From a virus (lineage: Duplodnaviria; Caudoviricetes), in IMG/VR virus record IMGVR_UViG_3300018073_000011, positions 1 through 39,960 of that record: 39,960 nucleotides of DNA; one strand, 5' to 3'. Under the pieces are notes generated by a model. That model saw nothing but the letters and a program-made list of their open reading frames with translations, did no database searches and was not told the origin of the DNA. A program made the translations under genes and the position numbers. Positions within the stretch are counted from its first letter, which is position 1; each line of letters begins with the position of its first letter. Shown here in pieces: positions 7,477 to 15,249 of this stretch.

Positions 7477-8891
7477 CTGGCATGTGCACGCCGCCGGTTC
7501 CGGATGATGGCCCCGACCTTGGCCTGCTGCTTCTCGGCGTCCGTCTTCTCCGGCGGGGGTGGTTCCTCGCCGCCATCGGTGAACAGCACGACGTCGCGGT
7601 CCAGGGTCAGGTTGACCGTGCCGGTGGCGCCGTTCCGCTGCTTCTCGATGATGAAGTTGGTCACGCCGCCCTCGCGATGGTTCTTCCGGTGCAGGAAACA
7701 CACCAGGTCCGCGTCCTGCTCCAGGGCGCCAGAGTCGCGCAGATCCTGCAGCCTCGGCCTGGGGTCGGCGCGTGCATTGTCCGGCCGGGAGAGCTGCGAC
7801 AGCAGCATGATGCAGACCTTGGCCTCGCCGGCCAGAATCTTGAGTCGCCGGCTGATGTCGGTCAGCTCCTCGTTCCGGGTCGCGCCGCGTCGGTCGAGTG
7901 TGCCTGGCATCAACTGCACGTAGTCGATGACGACCAGGTCCAGGCCCTTCTCGGCTTTCATCCGGCGGACGGCGCCGCGTATGTCCCAGGCCGTGCGTGC
8001 CGGCGCGTCGTCAATTTCTATGGACAGCTCGGACATCAGGGCGTGCGATGCACTCAGCGACGTCCAGGCTTCCGCGCTCGGCACGTAGCCGCGCAGGAGC
8101 TGCGTCAGCGGCACGTTCGACAGGCTCGACAGGATGCGGAACTCCAGCTGATCGCGCGTCATTTCCATCGAGAAGATCGCGCACTTGGCGCCGTCTCTGG
8201 CTGCCGCAACCATGGTATTGACCGCAAAGGTGGTTTTCCCGATCGACGGTCGAGCACCCAGGATGACGTAGTCGCCCGCGTTCCAGCCGTTCGTCTCGTT
8301 GTTGATCGATGCGAAGCCCGTGTCGACGCCAGTGAGCTGGCCGCGATGGTCGACGCGATACTGCAGCTTATCGAGAATGGCCGGCGCCGTCTCAGCCAGG
8401 CTCTGCATCCGGCCGGCGTCGTAGCCCTGCTGCATCTCCAGCACGCGGCGGTCGATGTCGACCAGCAGCTCGGTCGATGACTTGTCGCCGCCCGCCACGG
8501 ATTCAAGAACGTGCTGGCCGAAGTGGACCAGGGCGCGCTTCGTTTTCAGGTCCTGCAGGATGTCGCTGTAGTGATCGACGTTCGTCGAGCGGGGCACGCC
8601 GTCGAGCAGCGACGAGATATACGCCGGCCCGCCGACGTCCTGCAGTCCCTTCTTCCCGAGCTTCGAGCTGATGGTGCGCAGGTCGACGTCGACGTTCTCG
8701 TTGCGCAACGCACGGATTGCCTCGAACAGTTGCTGATGTGCGCGGCGGAAGTAGTCGTCCTTCTGCAGCCGGTGCGCCAGGTAGTCGGCGGCGCGTGATT
8801 CCAGTAGCGCCGCGCCGAGCGTCGACTTCTCGACGTCGATGTTGTGCGGTAACAGGGGCGGTGGTTCGTCGAGCTGCCGGCGATCGGTCAA
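7473..8891 (-). CDS. dnaB: Replicative DNA helicase DnaB
   Basis: PHNIDVEKSTLGA N-terminus, GARPSIGKT Walker A, FSMEM, VIDYVQLM, LSQLSR, DLRDSGALEQDAD, KQRNG. Confidence 0.97.
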   Translation of the reverse strand: MTDRRQLDEPPPLLPHNIDVEKSTLGAALLESRAADYLAHRLQKDDYFRRAHQQLFEAIRALRNENVDVDLRTISSKLGKKGLQDVGGPAYISSLLDGVPRSTNVDHYSDILQDLKTKRALVHFGQHVLESVAGGDKSSTELLVDIDRRVLEMQQGYDAGRMQSLAETAPAILDKLQYRVDHRGQLTGVDTGFASINNETNGWNAGDYVILGARPSIGKTTFAVNTMVAAARDGAKCAIFSMEMTRDQLEFRILSSLSNVPLTQLLRGYVPSAEAWTSLSASHALMSELSIEIDDAPARTAWDIRGAVRRMKAEKGLDLVVIDYVQLMPGTLDRRGATRNEELTDISRRLKILAGEAKVCIMLLSQLSRPDNARADPRPRLQDLRDSGALEQDADLVCFLHRKNHREGGVTNFIIEKQRNGATGTVNLTLDRDVVLFTDGGEEPPPPEKTDAEKQQAKVGAIIRNRRRAHAS

Positions 8892-9400
8892 AACGCCGAC
8901 CCCAGGCTGTTGTCTTGCGCCCGTCGGCGGGTGTGCTCCTGGTCACTGCAACAGGGCGGTAGGTGTTTGCAGCCGACGGGCGGCGGCAGCTCCTCGTGCA
9001 GCTCCTTCGAGAACTCCGCGAATTGGTTGATGCTCGCCACGAAGATGCCGAACGTGTGCCGGTTCTTCAGAAAAAACGGATCGTCCGCCTTCAGGTAATT
9101 CGCCATCCGGCGCTCAATCTCCTCGACCGCCAGCGTTTTCAACAGCTTTTTCATCAGCGCCGTATCCTTCGCCCACTGCCAGATATATTGCTTGTCCTTC
9201 CCTGGCGTGTAGCGCTGGCACCAGACGGTGTCGTAGAACGTGCGCAGCGTCGTCAGCGTGTCGCCGATCGCCGCCTGGCCGCCGGCAACCCTGGCCATCT
9301 CCTCGGCCAGCTCGAAGCACTCGGCCTGCTTTGCTCGAAGCAGTTCGCAGAGCTTCCCCAGTTTTTCTAATCGAGCTTGTTCTCCTGATCCCTTTCCCAT
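8888..9400 (-). CDS. Putative replication protein / helicase loader (probable start ATG 9400)
   Basis: GGAGG RBS before MGKGSGEQ; helical domain ending YLKADDPFFLKNRHTFGIFVASINQF; C-terminal C-x-H...CC..D..H; stop overlaps the dnaB TTG. Function inferred from position only. Confidence 0.6.
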   Translation of the reverse strand: MGKGSGEQARLEKLGKLCELLRAKQAECFELAEEMARVAGGQAAIGDTLTTLRTFYDTVWCQRYTPGKDKQYIWQWAKDTALMKKLLKTLAVEEIERRMANYLKADDPFFLKNRHTFGIFVASINQFAEFSKELHEELPPPVGCKHLPPCCSDQEHTRRRAQDNSLGSAF

Positions 9401-9660
9401 CTCTCGGCCCCTCCAGCGCTTCCGGGTTTCTAGGGACACCACCACCATCTTTTACCCATATGACGGGCAAAAACTCGAAACCCAGTGACGCCCTGCACGA
9501 CGGGCATATGGGACCAGGCGCGGAGATGGTGTCAGCGCACTTCCTGGGTTTTTGGTGGATTGGGCGAGACGAAGTAGAATGCTCTCCGTCGTCGGTGTTC
9601 CAGCCACCTGGCGACCGTGTGTCGGCCGCCCTGCGAGGTTTTTCCCGACCTCGCAGGGCA
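9401..9660 (-). ncRNA. Candidate structured 5' leader / ncRNA / origin upstream of the replication genes
   Basis: Perfect 12-bp stem 9628-9639/9648-9659; nested 8-bp pairs 9455-9462/9505-9512 and 9443-9450/9524-9531; alternative pairing of 9478-9485 with 9544-9551 or 9422-9430. Confidence 0.5.
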
Positions 9661-9662
9661 CT

Positions 9663-9691
9663 TTTATACGCTTCACGTTTTCCCCTGTCAA
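9663..9691 (-). promoter_or_regulatory. Near-consensus sigma70 promoter for the replication operon
   Basis: TTGACA-17 nt-TATAAA in an intergenic, locally AT-richer stretch. Confidence 0.85.
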
Positions 9692-9704
9692 ACAACCACA
9701 ACAT

Positions 9705-9968
9705 CTAGTGGCGGGCCATCGCGTCGAGCACAGCCTGCAGGGGCTTCTCGTGGCCGCCTTTCCAGTCCCGTCTGGATCGTTTAACCTGCTGCAGCTCCGG
9801 CTCGGTCAGCTCCAGCTCCGGGCTCAGCGTGCCGGCGCCCTGCACTTTTGCCTGCAGCATCCGCACGGTGTGCGCGTTGTAGCGCTTGTCGCTGTCCGGC
9901 ACCGGGCGCATCAGCAGCTCCTCCTCGCGCGGCGTCAATAGCATCCAGTGCACACCCCTGACTCTCAT
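9705..9968 (-). CDS. Hypothetical protein (87 aa)
   Basis: ATGA overlap with the helicase stop; plausible composition. Confidence 0.7.
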   Translation of the reverse strand: MRVRGVHWMLLTPREEELLMRPVPDSDKRYNAHTVRMLQAKVQGAGTLSPELELTEPELQQVKRSRRDWKGGHEKPLQAVLDAMARH

Positions 9969-11779
9969 CGGCCTCTCCTCGCCTGATGCAGGCTGATCAT
10001 GCGACTCGCGTCGCCTTTCGTCAGGTGCCGGTGAACCGGCGCCCCGATGCGGCGCAGAATCGCGATCTGTTTGTCGGTCGGTGGATCGTCGTGCCAGGCC
10101 GCGTCCGGCGCCTTCAGCTTCATCACGCTCCGGCGCTCCTGCAGGATGAACGCTTCCGCCAGGCCGGCCGCTGCCTGGACGTTCGCGACGCCGGCCGCGA
10201 TCGTGCGCTGCCTAGCCGGTGAACCGTCGCGCGGTCGCAGCGTCAGGCTTACCTCGAAGTGGCCGAGCATGTCCTTGCTGAGGGTGACGACTTCGGTGCC
10301 GTCGCCCCAGGGATACTGCAGGCGGTATTCATCATTGGCGACGCGCATCCAGTCCGCTGCGCGGCCCTTGCCCAGGGCGGCCGTGTTCGGGATCGACCAG
10401 ACGTCGAACGTCTTGGCTGTGGCATGGAGCTGCTCCAGGGTGAGCCTGGCCGCCTCGTCGATGATGAATCCGGGGTAGCGCTCGCGCAGCTCGTCGATGT
10501 CACGCCGGACGTCGTCGAGCTTCTTGCCGTTGGCCAGCAGACCAGGCGGCAGGCCGTAGAGCACGGGCGCCGCCATCAGCGAATGCCGCCGGCTGACGTC
10601 GACGACGTCGAGCACCAGGCAGTGCTCTTTGCCAGGGAACAGCCGTAGCCCTCGCCCGGTCATTTGCTCGTAAAGCAGCGCCGACTGGGTCGGCCTGGCG
10701 TGCAGGATGCAGCCGGTGCGCGGTAGGTCGGTCCCTTCCGTCAGCACCATGCAATTACAGAGCACTTCGACGGTGCCCTGGCTGTAGCGCCGCAGGATCT
10801 GCCGGCGCTCCTCCTTCGGTGTCTCGCCGGTAATCACTTCCGTCGGGATGCCGTTCGATCGGAACTCGGCCGCCATCTGGTGCGTGTGCTCGACGTCGAC
10901 GCAGAACGCGATGGTTGACAGGCCCTCGGCGTAGTCACGCCAGCCGGCGACCGCCAGCTTGTTGCGCACCTCGTTGTTGACGGCAGCAGCGAGCTGCTTC
11001 TGGTTGAAATCGCCGCCGACGTTCTTGATGGCGTCGAGCTGCACCGTCGACTCGATCGCCCACGGCACGATGGGCGCCAGCCAGTTGTCCTCGATTGCCT
11101 GGCGTAGCGGGTAGCTGAAGGCGATGGTCTGGAACACGCAGCCCAGGCCGATCGAATCGCTGCGGTTCGGCGTGGCCGTGACGCCGATCAGGAGCTGCTC
11201 CTGACTGGCCTGCGCGTCCCATCCGGCCAGCGCTTTCTCCATCTCGACGACGTCGTCGTGCGTGGCGGCCTCGATGCTGTCACTGCCGATCGCAGCTTCG
11301 GCCATCGGCAGGAATCCCAGGAGCGCCAGCGCCGTGCGGTAGGTCTTCGACGCGGCATGGTGCGCCTCGTCGACGATGACCAGCTTGAACTCATGCTGCT
11401 GGATCAACTTCAGCAGCCGGCGGAACTTCATGGCCGCCAATGTCTGGATGCTGGCGACCACGACGTCGGAGTAGCGGCTGGCGTGGCGGTCGCCTTGCTC
11501 GATGGCCACCATGGCGCCAGGGTGCGCGCGGGTGATCTTGTCGGCCGCCTGGTCCAGCAGCTCCTCCCGGTGCGCGATGACCAACATGACAGCGCCGCGT
11601 CCTTTGGTCAGGCGCAGCTCGGCCAGGTGGTCGAGCAGGCTGGAGAACCAGACCGTCTTGCCGGTGCCGGTCGGCTTTTGGACCAGCAGTCGGTTCTGGC
11701 CGGCCAGGCGGGCCGCCACGGTCGCCGCTGTGGCGCCGGCCTGGTAGGGACGGAGGGTAGGCGCCCCCCTGTCGGTCAT
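9965..11779 (-). CDS. SF2 DEAD/DEAH helicase (Irc3/YejH/ResIII-like)
   Basis: LRPYQ, PTGTGKT, IVDEAHH, TATPNR, LTEGTDLP, QMTGRGLR; C-terminal PPTDKQIAIL...LTKGDASRMI. Confidence 0.95.
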   Translation of the reverse strand: MTDRGAPTLRPYQAGATAATVAARLAGQNRLLVQKPTGTGKTVWFSSLLDHLAELRLTKGRGAVMLVIAHREELLDQAADKITRAHPGAMVAIEQGDRHASRYSDVVVASIQTLAAMKFRRLLKLIQQHEFKLVIVDEAHHAASKTYRTALALLGFLPMAEAAIGSDSIEAATHDDVVEMEKALAGWDAQASQEQLLIGVTATPNRSDSIGLGCVFQTIAFSYPLRQAIEDNWLAPIVPWAIESTVQLDAIKNVGGDFNQKQLAAAVNNEVRNKLAVAGWRDYAEGLSTIAFCVDVEHTHQMAAEFRSNGIPTEVITGETPKEERRQILRRYSQGTVEVLCNCMVLTEGTDLPRTGCILHARPTQSALLYEQMTGRGLRLFPGKEHCLVLDVVDVSRRHSLMAAPVLYGLPPGLLANGKKLDDVRRDIDELRERYPGFIIDEAARLTLEQLHATAKTFDVWSIPNTAALGKGRAADWMRVANDEYRLQYPWGDGTEVVTLSKDMLGHFEVSLTLRPRDGSPARQRTIAAGVANVQAAAGLAEAFILQERRSVMKLKAPDAAWHDDPPTDKQIAILRRIGAPVHRHLTKGDASRMISLHQARRGR

Positions 11780-11853
11780 GTCGTCACCTGGCCAAGCCTG
11801 GCCAGCCGGCCAGGGCGTTTGAGCGCCGCCCTGGCCTTCATGGTGTGCGTCAT
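11776..11853 (-). CDS. 25-aa leader peptide over hairpins, coupled to the helicase
   Basis: AGGA RBS; MTHTMKARAALKRPGRLARLGQVTT; ATGA overlap with the helicase start; spans the GGCCAGGGCG/CGCCCTGGCC stem. Confidence 0.4.
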   Translation of the reverse strand: MTHTMKARAALKRPGRLARLGQVTT

Positions 11854-11859
11854 TGTGTC

Positions 11860-12864
11860 CTACTGAGGAGACACGCAGTTGAACCGGCTGATGTGCTTGA
11901 TCGTTCCCGCCGTCGGGGACGGGTAGCTGGCGCCGGCCACGACGTTGACGTAGAGCGTGTAAAGGTCCGGCGTGCCGCCTCGCCCGTTGGTCCCGTTGCC
12001 CTGCACCAGGACGACGGCGTAGTTGCCGTCCGCAATCCAGGTGTTCTGGCCGGCGAAGGCGCTGCCGTTCTGCTCGACCAGGAGCGGTGAGACGTTCGCG
12101 TGCACGTAGTTGACTTCAGCGATGCCGGCATTGGGCAGCTCGAACGTCGACGGTCCGCTGTAGGTGAAGGGTCCTGAGCACGCGGTGATGATCGGCGGCG
12201 GTTCGACGCAGTCGCCGTTCACGAGAACCAGGCCGTTCGGCACGGTTGTCTGCAGCCCTAAGAGATTCGGACAGACGTCGATGCCGCCTTCCCCGAAGAT
12301 GCACGGCAGCAGGCCGCCGAAATTGATGGCGGTCCGGTCCTGGCAGGTCGGCGGCGGCGGTGGCGGCGGCGGGATGACGGGCGGGGTGACGGGCGGGGCT
12401 CCGCACTTCGTCGCGAAGTAGAAGAAACCAGGCGACGCGTAGAAGTAGTTGCCGACGTCGCTGAACCCGTATTTCGTGCCAGCCGGCTTCGCTGGCAGAT
12501 CCAGGTAGACGTCGCGTTGATAGCGGCCGTCGCATTGCTCGGCGAAGGCGAGCGTCAGCGTCGCCGTCTGGCCAGGTCCCAGGGTTCGATCGATCTGCGC
12601 GACGTTCACCTGGTTGACCAGGTCGTTCGCCTTCCAGGCGATGAACCAGAAGGTGGCGGTCTTGCCGGTGGTGTTCGTGATCGTCACCGACCCGAAGCCC
12701 GCCTTGTTCTGGTCGCCCCAGACGATGCCGCTGCCTGACGTCACGCCAGGCGGCAGCGCGTTGACGTCGATCGACGACGTCGCCAGGTCGGCGGATGGTC
12801 CGGCCGGCGTCCGGCTCGAACAGGCCGCAGCCAGCAGGATGGATACGAGTGTCAGCTTTCTCAT
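11860..12864 (-). CDS. Lipoprotein with proline-rich linker and Cys-containing surface domains
   Basis: MRKLTLVSILLAAAC lipobox; beta-rich domain; poly-Pro linker; TCQD..AIN..C and DVCPN..QTTVP..NGDC motifs. Confidence 0.85.
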   Translation of the reverse strand: MRKLTLVSILLAAACSSRTPAGPSADLATSSIDVNALPPGVTSGSGIVWGDQNKAGFGSVTITNTTGKTATFWFIAWKANDLVNQVNVAQIDRTLGPGQTATLTLAFAEQCDGRYQRDVYLDLPAKPAGTKYGFSDVGNYFYASPGFFYFATKCGAPPVTPPVIPPPPPPPPTCQDRTAINFGGLLPCIFGEGGIDVCPNLLGLQTTVPNGLVLVNGDCVEPPPIITACSGPFTYSGPSTFELPNAGIAEVNYVHANVSPLLVEQNGSAFAGQNTWIADGNYAVVLVQGNGTNGRGGTPDLYTLYVNVVAGASYPSPTAGTIKHISRFNCVSPQ

Positions 12865-12880
12865 TGCTCTCCCCTCAGTG

Positions 12881-12900
12881 CCCTGGCGGGATTGCCAGGG
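12881..12900 (-). promoter_or_regulatory. CCCTGGC-AATCCC-GCCAGGG leader hairpin
   Basis: 7-bp stem just before the RBS (GAGGGGAG) of the lipoprotein gene; sibling of the hairpin at 3338-3353. Confidence 0.6.
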
Positions 12901-12903
12901 GTC

Positions 12904-13443
12904 TTACTTCCGCCGCCGTGGTGGCGTCGGGATGTGTTGCGTGCCTTCAGCCTTCCTGGTCTGCGCTCCTCTGACCGCCCCTTTTCGGCGATTGACAGAA
13001 ACAGCCCCGGCACGCTGCCGAGCTATAGCGTCGGTGACTTCCGCCGGCAGCACCCAACGCTGGCCGCCGTCGACGTCCTGGCGCTGCAGGAACACGGTGT
13101 CGCTGCCGTCGTGCCGGATCGTCTTCACGATCCAGGTCACGGCGTTGCCGACAAAATCGACCAGGTCGATCATGCTTGTCTTCTCAACCGCGCCAGGGTT
13201 GGCCTGTAGCTCGCGCAGCCGGGTCGAGTAGGTGTCGCGGGGTAGCTTCGTCTCGTCCATTTTCTTCTTCTCCCAATTAGTAACAAGGTTGTCAGTTCCC
13301 ATCAGCAGGGCCACTATTCCAGGAACCTTGCCGTTCGGGTCGAGTCGCCGCGCCCACTCTAAGAGACTCGGCTTGCGATAGATTCGGCACTCTGCTGGCA
13401 GCGTCCAGTTGATATCGACGATTCGCGGATAGTCTTCGGTCAC
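12904..13443 (-). CDS. Hypothetical protein (GTG 13443, or internal ATG 13260)
   Basis: GTGA overlap with the upstream stop; second possible start MDETKLP with GGGAG upstream; basic C-terminus. Confidence 0.65.
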   Translation of the reverse strand: MTEDYPRIVDINWTLPAECRIYRKPSLLEWARRLDPNGKVPGIVALLMGTDNLVTNWEKKKMDETKLPRDTYSTRLRELQANPGAVEKTSMIDLVDFVGNAVTWIVKTIRHDGSDTVFLQRQDVDGGQRWVLPAEVTDAIARQRAGAVSVNRRKGAVRGAQTRKAEGTQHIPTPPRRRK

Positions 13444-14435
13444 GTCACCTTCGTGTTCTTGGTGTAGCGGACACCAGGCCACTTGTTGATCAGCTCCTTC
13501 AGGTCCTTGCCGTATTGGTTCACCTTCGAGCGGTCGACGACCAGCACGTCACGCGGGATGCCGTAGCGGCCGGCGAACACGGCGTCGATCAGCGCAGCCT
13601 CGTCCATCACTTCGGCGCCGTGCGTCGTGCGGTCGCTGGCGCCGGCCGCCTTCTTCACGTTCGGCGTCGTGATGGTGTATTGCACGTCGAGCGGCTGCTC
13701 CTTCGTGGCTGCCGCCTGGGCGCGCATCGCGGCAGCCTGCTCCTTCACTTCGATGGCCTTCGCAATTTTCGGCCGGTCGAGCAGCTGCGGGCCGACGGTC
13801 GACGGGTTCTTGAATCCGGCGCGCTGTGCCGCCTGGCTCGGTTTGTTCCCCGACACGATCAGGTCGACGAACACGGATTCGCGCTCGCTGAGCGTCGGCG
13901 CTGCCGCCTCGGCCTTCGCCGCTGCTTCCTCCTGGCGCGCGACTTCCGCGTCGCGGTCAGCCTGGGCCTTGGCTTCGGCTTCGCGCCGCAGGCGCTCCGT
14001 CTCGGCTGCCGCCTTCCGCCGTTCGTTGTCGACGTATTCGTTGTGCAGGCGGTTCTGGATGGTGTTGGCCTGCTCGTTCGGGTCGACGCCGCGCGCTCGT
14101 GCGGACGTGATGCGACGGTGGAAATGATGCAGCGCCTGGGCGATGCCCCAGTGTTCGATCGCGTGCTTCGTGGCGGCCGTCGTGGCCTTGATGCGCTCCT
14201 GCAGCGTGACGTCCTCGTCGGCCGTCGTCGGCACCGTCAACGTCTTCGCCAGCGCCAGGCGATCGTTCGCCGCCTTCTCGATGGCCCGCGCTTCAGCGAA
14301 GAACGCGCCGGCTCGCGCCAGGAACTCCTTGACGCCGAGCCCTGCCTGCTCGACAAATTGCTGATCGGGATCGTCGACTGTTGCGACCGCGTCGATGATG
14401 TCCGGCGCCGACGCTTCCACCTTGCCCCTCGCCAT
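13440..14435 (-). CDS. Gp157/Gam-like coiled-coil protein with inserted TerS-like HTH
   Basis: ATG 14435 after GGAGG; long coiled coil; C-terminal IPRDVLVVDRSKVNQ...WPGVRY; internal LSERESVFVDLIVSGNKPSQAAQRAGF...LLDRPKIAKAIE. Confidence 0.7.
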   Translation of the reverse strand: MARGKVEASAPDIIDAVATVDDPDQQFVEQAGLGVKEFLARAGAFFAEARAIEKAANDRLALAKTLTVPTTADEDVTLQERIKATTAATKHAIEHWGIAQALHHFHRRITSARARGVDPNEQANTIQNRLHNEYVDNERRKAAAETERLRREAEAKAQADRDAEVARQEEAAAKAEAAAPTLSERESVFVDLIVSGNKPSQAAQRAGFKNPSTVGPQLLDRPKIAKAIEVKEQAAAMRAQAAATKEQPLDVQYTITTPNVKKAAGASDRTTHGAEVMDEAALIDAVFAGRYGIPRDVLVVDRSKVNQYGKDLKELINKWPGVRYTKNTKVT

Positions 14436-14457
14436 AATCTCAGCCTCCTGAGACGGG

Positions 14458-14486
14458 AGTCTGACGTCGGCGAGCGCAGTTGTCAA
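14458..14486 (-). promoter_or_regulatory. Sigma70-type promoter
   Basis: CCGG-TTGACA-17 nt (ACTGC...)-CAGACT, followed by a short leader with RBS. Confidence 0.75.
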
Positions 14487-14529
14487 CCGGAAAGTGGAGC
14501 GGTCGATCGATTGTGCGTCAGACTGTGCA

Positions 14530-14607
14530 CTAGCTCGCGTCGCCGATGGGCCAGCGCTGGAGCACCAGGAGCAGGATCAGCCAGATGCGGGCGAGCAGCC
14601 AGGTCAC
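14530..14607 (-). CDS. 25-aa hydrophobic peptide
   Basis: GTGA overlap; MTWLLARIWLILLLVLQRWPIGDAS. Confidence 0.45.
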   Translation of the reverse strand: MTWLLARIWLILLLVLQRWPIGDAS

Positions 14608-14942
14608 GATCGCAGCGCTTCGAGCTGCAGCAGAACCCACTCCAGGCCGCTGCAGAATCCCTGGCTGTTGTAGCCCTCGTTCGGAGCGCTCCACGACTTC
14701 ATGCGCTCGTCGGCCAGGCGGTCGCGGATGATGCCATCGATCTTCTGACGCGGCTTCAAGGTGGTCGCCTTCGCGTTGCGGCGGGCGGCGGCCTGGCGTG
14801 CAGCGCTCGTGCCGAGTTTCTTTTTTGCCATGCGAGAGCGTATCAATTCCTCCTGCCAGCGGTCCACAGTGATTCCCAGGCACTCGGTCAGGAAGGCAAC
14901 CGGGTCCTGGCGGTAGCGCCGGATCGCTTCGTCGGTCTTCAC
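14604..14942 (-). CDS. 112-aa protein beginning with a TerL N-terminus-like segment
   Basis: EAIRRYRQDPVAFLTECLGITVDRWQEELI aligns without gaps (12/30 identical) to this phage's TerL DTIARWHNDAVAFVRECFGVEPDPWQLHAL; GTGA overlaps at both ends. Confidence 0.7.
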   Translation of the reverse strand: MKTDEAIRRYRQDPVAFLTECLGITVDRWQEELIRSRMAKKKLGTSAARQAAARRNAKATTLKPRQKIDGIIRDRLADERMKSWSAPNEGYNSQGFCSGLEWVLLQLEALRS

Positions 14943-15052
14943 CAGAATCCTGCCAGGTGGCCGCCCGCAGCCACGACCATGGCGACAATCAGCAGCCAGG
15001 CGACGTTGCGGTCCAGGCGCTCGTCAGGCGTCAGCGGGTTCAGGCGCGTCAT
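14939..15052 (-). CDS. 37-aa single-TM peptide
   Basis: MTRLNPLTPDERLDRNVAWLLIVAMVVAAGGHLAGFW; ATGA and GTGA overlaps at its two ends. Confidence 0.65.
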   Translation of the reverse strand: MTRLNPLTPDERLDRNVAWLLIVAMVVAAGGHLAGFW

Positions 15053-15249
15053 TCCGCCATCGCGCGCAGCAGATCGGCGGCCTCACGTAGATGGCGCACG
15101 ACGTCGCTACCAGGCGTGACGTGCTGCAGTGCACTCGCGTCGGTGTCCAGGTGATAGGAGAGCTTCAGCGCCTTGGCCGCGCGCTCGGCGCGCATCGCGC
15201 GTTTGCCTTTTGGCTTCTCGACTTCTCGCTGCGGTCCCCATCCGTTCAT
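15049..15249 (-). CDS. Hypothetical protein (66 aa)
   Basis: ATG 15249 (MNGWGPQ...) overlaps the upstream TGA; GGAG RBS. Confidence 0.65.
   Translation of the reverse strand: MNGWGPQREVEKPKGKRAMRAERAAKALKLSYHLDTDASALQHVTPGSDVVRHLREAADLLRAMAE

Noticed and set aside
9114-9704. 196-aa and 79-aa minus-strand ORFs over the replication leader
   Set aside because: They start upstream of or within the promoter, lack an RBS and have shadow-like composition; a short translated part cannot be fully excluded.
12345-12400. GGC/GGCGG short tandem repeats
   Set aside because: They simply encode the poly-proline linker of the lipoprotein.
10915-13030. Plus-strand TTGACA hexamers near 10915 and 12992, and a minus-strand one near 96
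   Set aside because: No -10-like hexamer at 16-18 nt spacing; all lie inside coding sequence.
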